Part shown: piece after piece, positions 32,787 through 33,408 of the stretch
Position numbering within the stretch: the stretch's first letter is position 1
How the letters are laid out: each line of letters starts with the position of its first letter
Assembly (NCBI GenBank): GCA_001600815.1
Contig: BCKZ01000031.1
Coordinates: 112,625 to 146,032 of the forward strand
Direction of reading: 5' to 3'
Source: Alloascoidea hylecoeti
Lineage: Eukaryota
DNA length: 33,408 nt
Made by a program: the position numbers and the translations under genes
The notes under the pieces: model-generated
What the model saw: only the letters and a program-made list of their open reading frames with translations
The model's database searches: none
What the model was told of the DNA's origin: nothing

Positions 32787-33408
32787 TTAGAAACCAACTA
32801 ATGCGACCACAACAAAGATAACTGCTCCTGCGAGACAAGACGATGTACCACTAATAGTCTTAGCACCACCAGTATAAGTCTCAATTGATGTCGAGTTTGC
32901 TACAACAGAAGATGAAGCGGCATACTCTTCAATAGTTGCACTTTCGATTGCAGTTGAAGTGGCAGTAAGAACACCGGTAACAGTAGACGTAATATCAGTC
33001 GATGAAGACGGACTAGCAGCAACTTGATTCTGAACAACAGTAGCCTCAGAAACAGCAGCAACTTCACTACCAGCACCAGAAGCTTCGGTATGTGCCTCAG
33101 CAGCAACAGATGATGGTGACGACCCTACTGTAGATGATTGGTTGGCTGGGCAGTTGGTGACATCAGCAGCACAAGAAGTAATGGTAACAATAACAGTTTC
33201 TTCAGTTGGAACACCCGATGAAACAGTTAGAGACGTACCCTCGGTAGATGTGACAAAGACAGATACTGAAGTGTAACTATTGATTGAACTCGAAACCGCA
33301 GTAAAAACACCAGATGTTGATGGAACAGCAGAAAAGGTAACAATAGAAGAAACTTGACTCTCAGCAGCAACAGATGAAGGTTTGGATGAAGCTGGAACAG
33401 TAGAAGAA
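32787..33408 (-). CDS. 3' end of a Ser/Thr/Ala-rich GPI-anchored cell-wall protein (5' truncated by the window)
   Basis: Open frame from the window end to TAA at 32787: ...TVIVTITSCAADVTNCP...SIETYTGGAKTISGTSSCLAGAVIFVVVALVGF*. It has a flocculin-like TITSC..C repeat, an omega site near TGGA and a hydrophobic tail. Confidence 0.88.
   Translation of the reverse strand, partial: SSTVPASSKPSSVAAESQVSSIVTFSAVPSTSGVFTAVSSSINSYTSVSVFVTSTEGTSLTVSSGVPTEETVIVTITSCAADVTNCPANQSSTVGSSPSSVAAEAHTEASGAGSEVAAVSEATVVQNQVAASPSSSTDITSTVTGVLTATSTAIESATIEEYAASSSVVANSTSIETYTGGAKTISGTSSCLAGAVIFVVVALVGF

Noticed and set aside
1..33408. tRNA, rRNA, CRISPR arrays and intact transposons
   Set aside because: No T-loop/B-box cloverleaf, rRNA signature, regular repeat-spacer array, LTR pair or transposase/RT ORF was seen.

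Overview
AT-rich budding-yeast (Saccharomycotina) nuclear DNA using the standard genetic code: CTG encodes conserved Leu residues. It carries about 11 protein-coding loci: a low-complexity ORF with a possibly frameshifted 5' part, an ABCC/MRP transporter (Ybt1/Vmr1-like), RPS5, a divergent Sst2-like RGS protein, a TDA5-like short-chain dehydrogenase (SDR), SDH7/ACN9, a Suc1/AmyR/Mal-activator-like Zn2Cys6 factor, an M28 leucine aminopeptidase, a Dot6/Tod6-like Myb repressor, a Mep2-type ammonium permease and the 3' end of a GPI-anchored cell-wall protein. Four of these genes have short spliceosomal introns that the ORF track misses; I rebuilt the spliced frames by hand. The 5.6-kb DOT6-MEP2 intergenic gap holds the two most unusual items. 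One is a tiny cox1-derived mitochondrial insertion (NUMT) carrying a palindromic insertion. The other is a GC-elevated, ORF-poor island of about 840 nt (25719-26557) with nested helices, plus-strand G-U pairs and four copies of a hairpin module containing RUGGYGAA. It looks like a large structured non-coding RNA, possibly ribozyme-like or retroelement-derived, and I could not assign it to a known family by eye.
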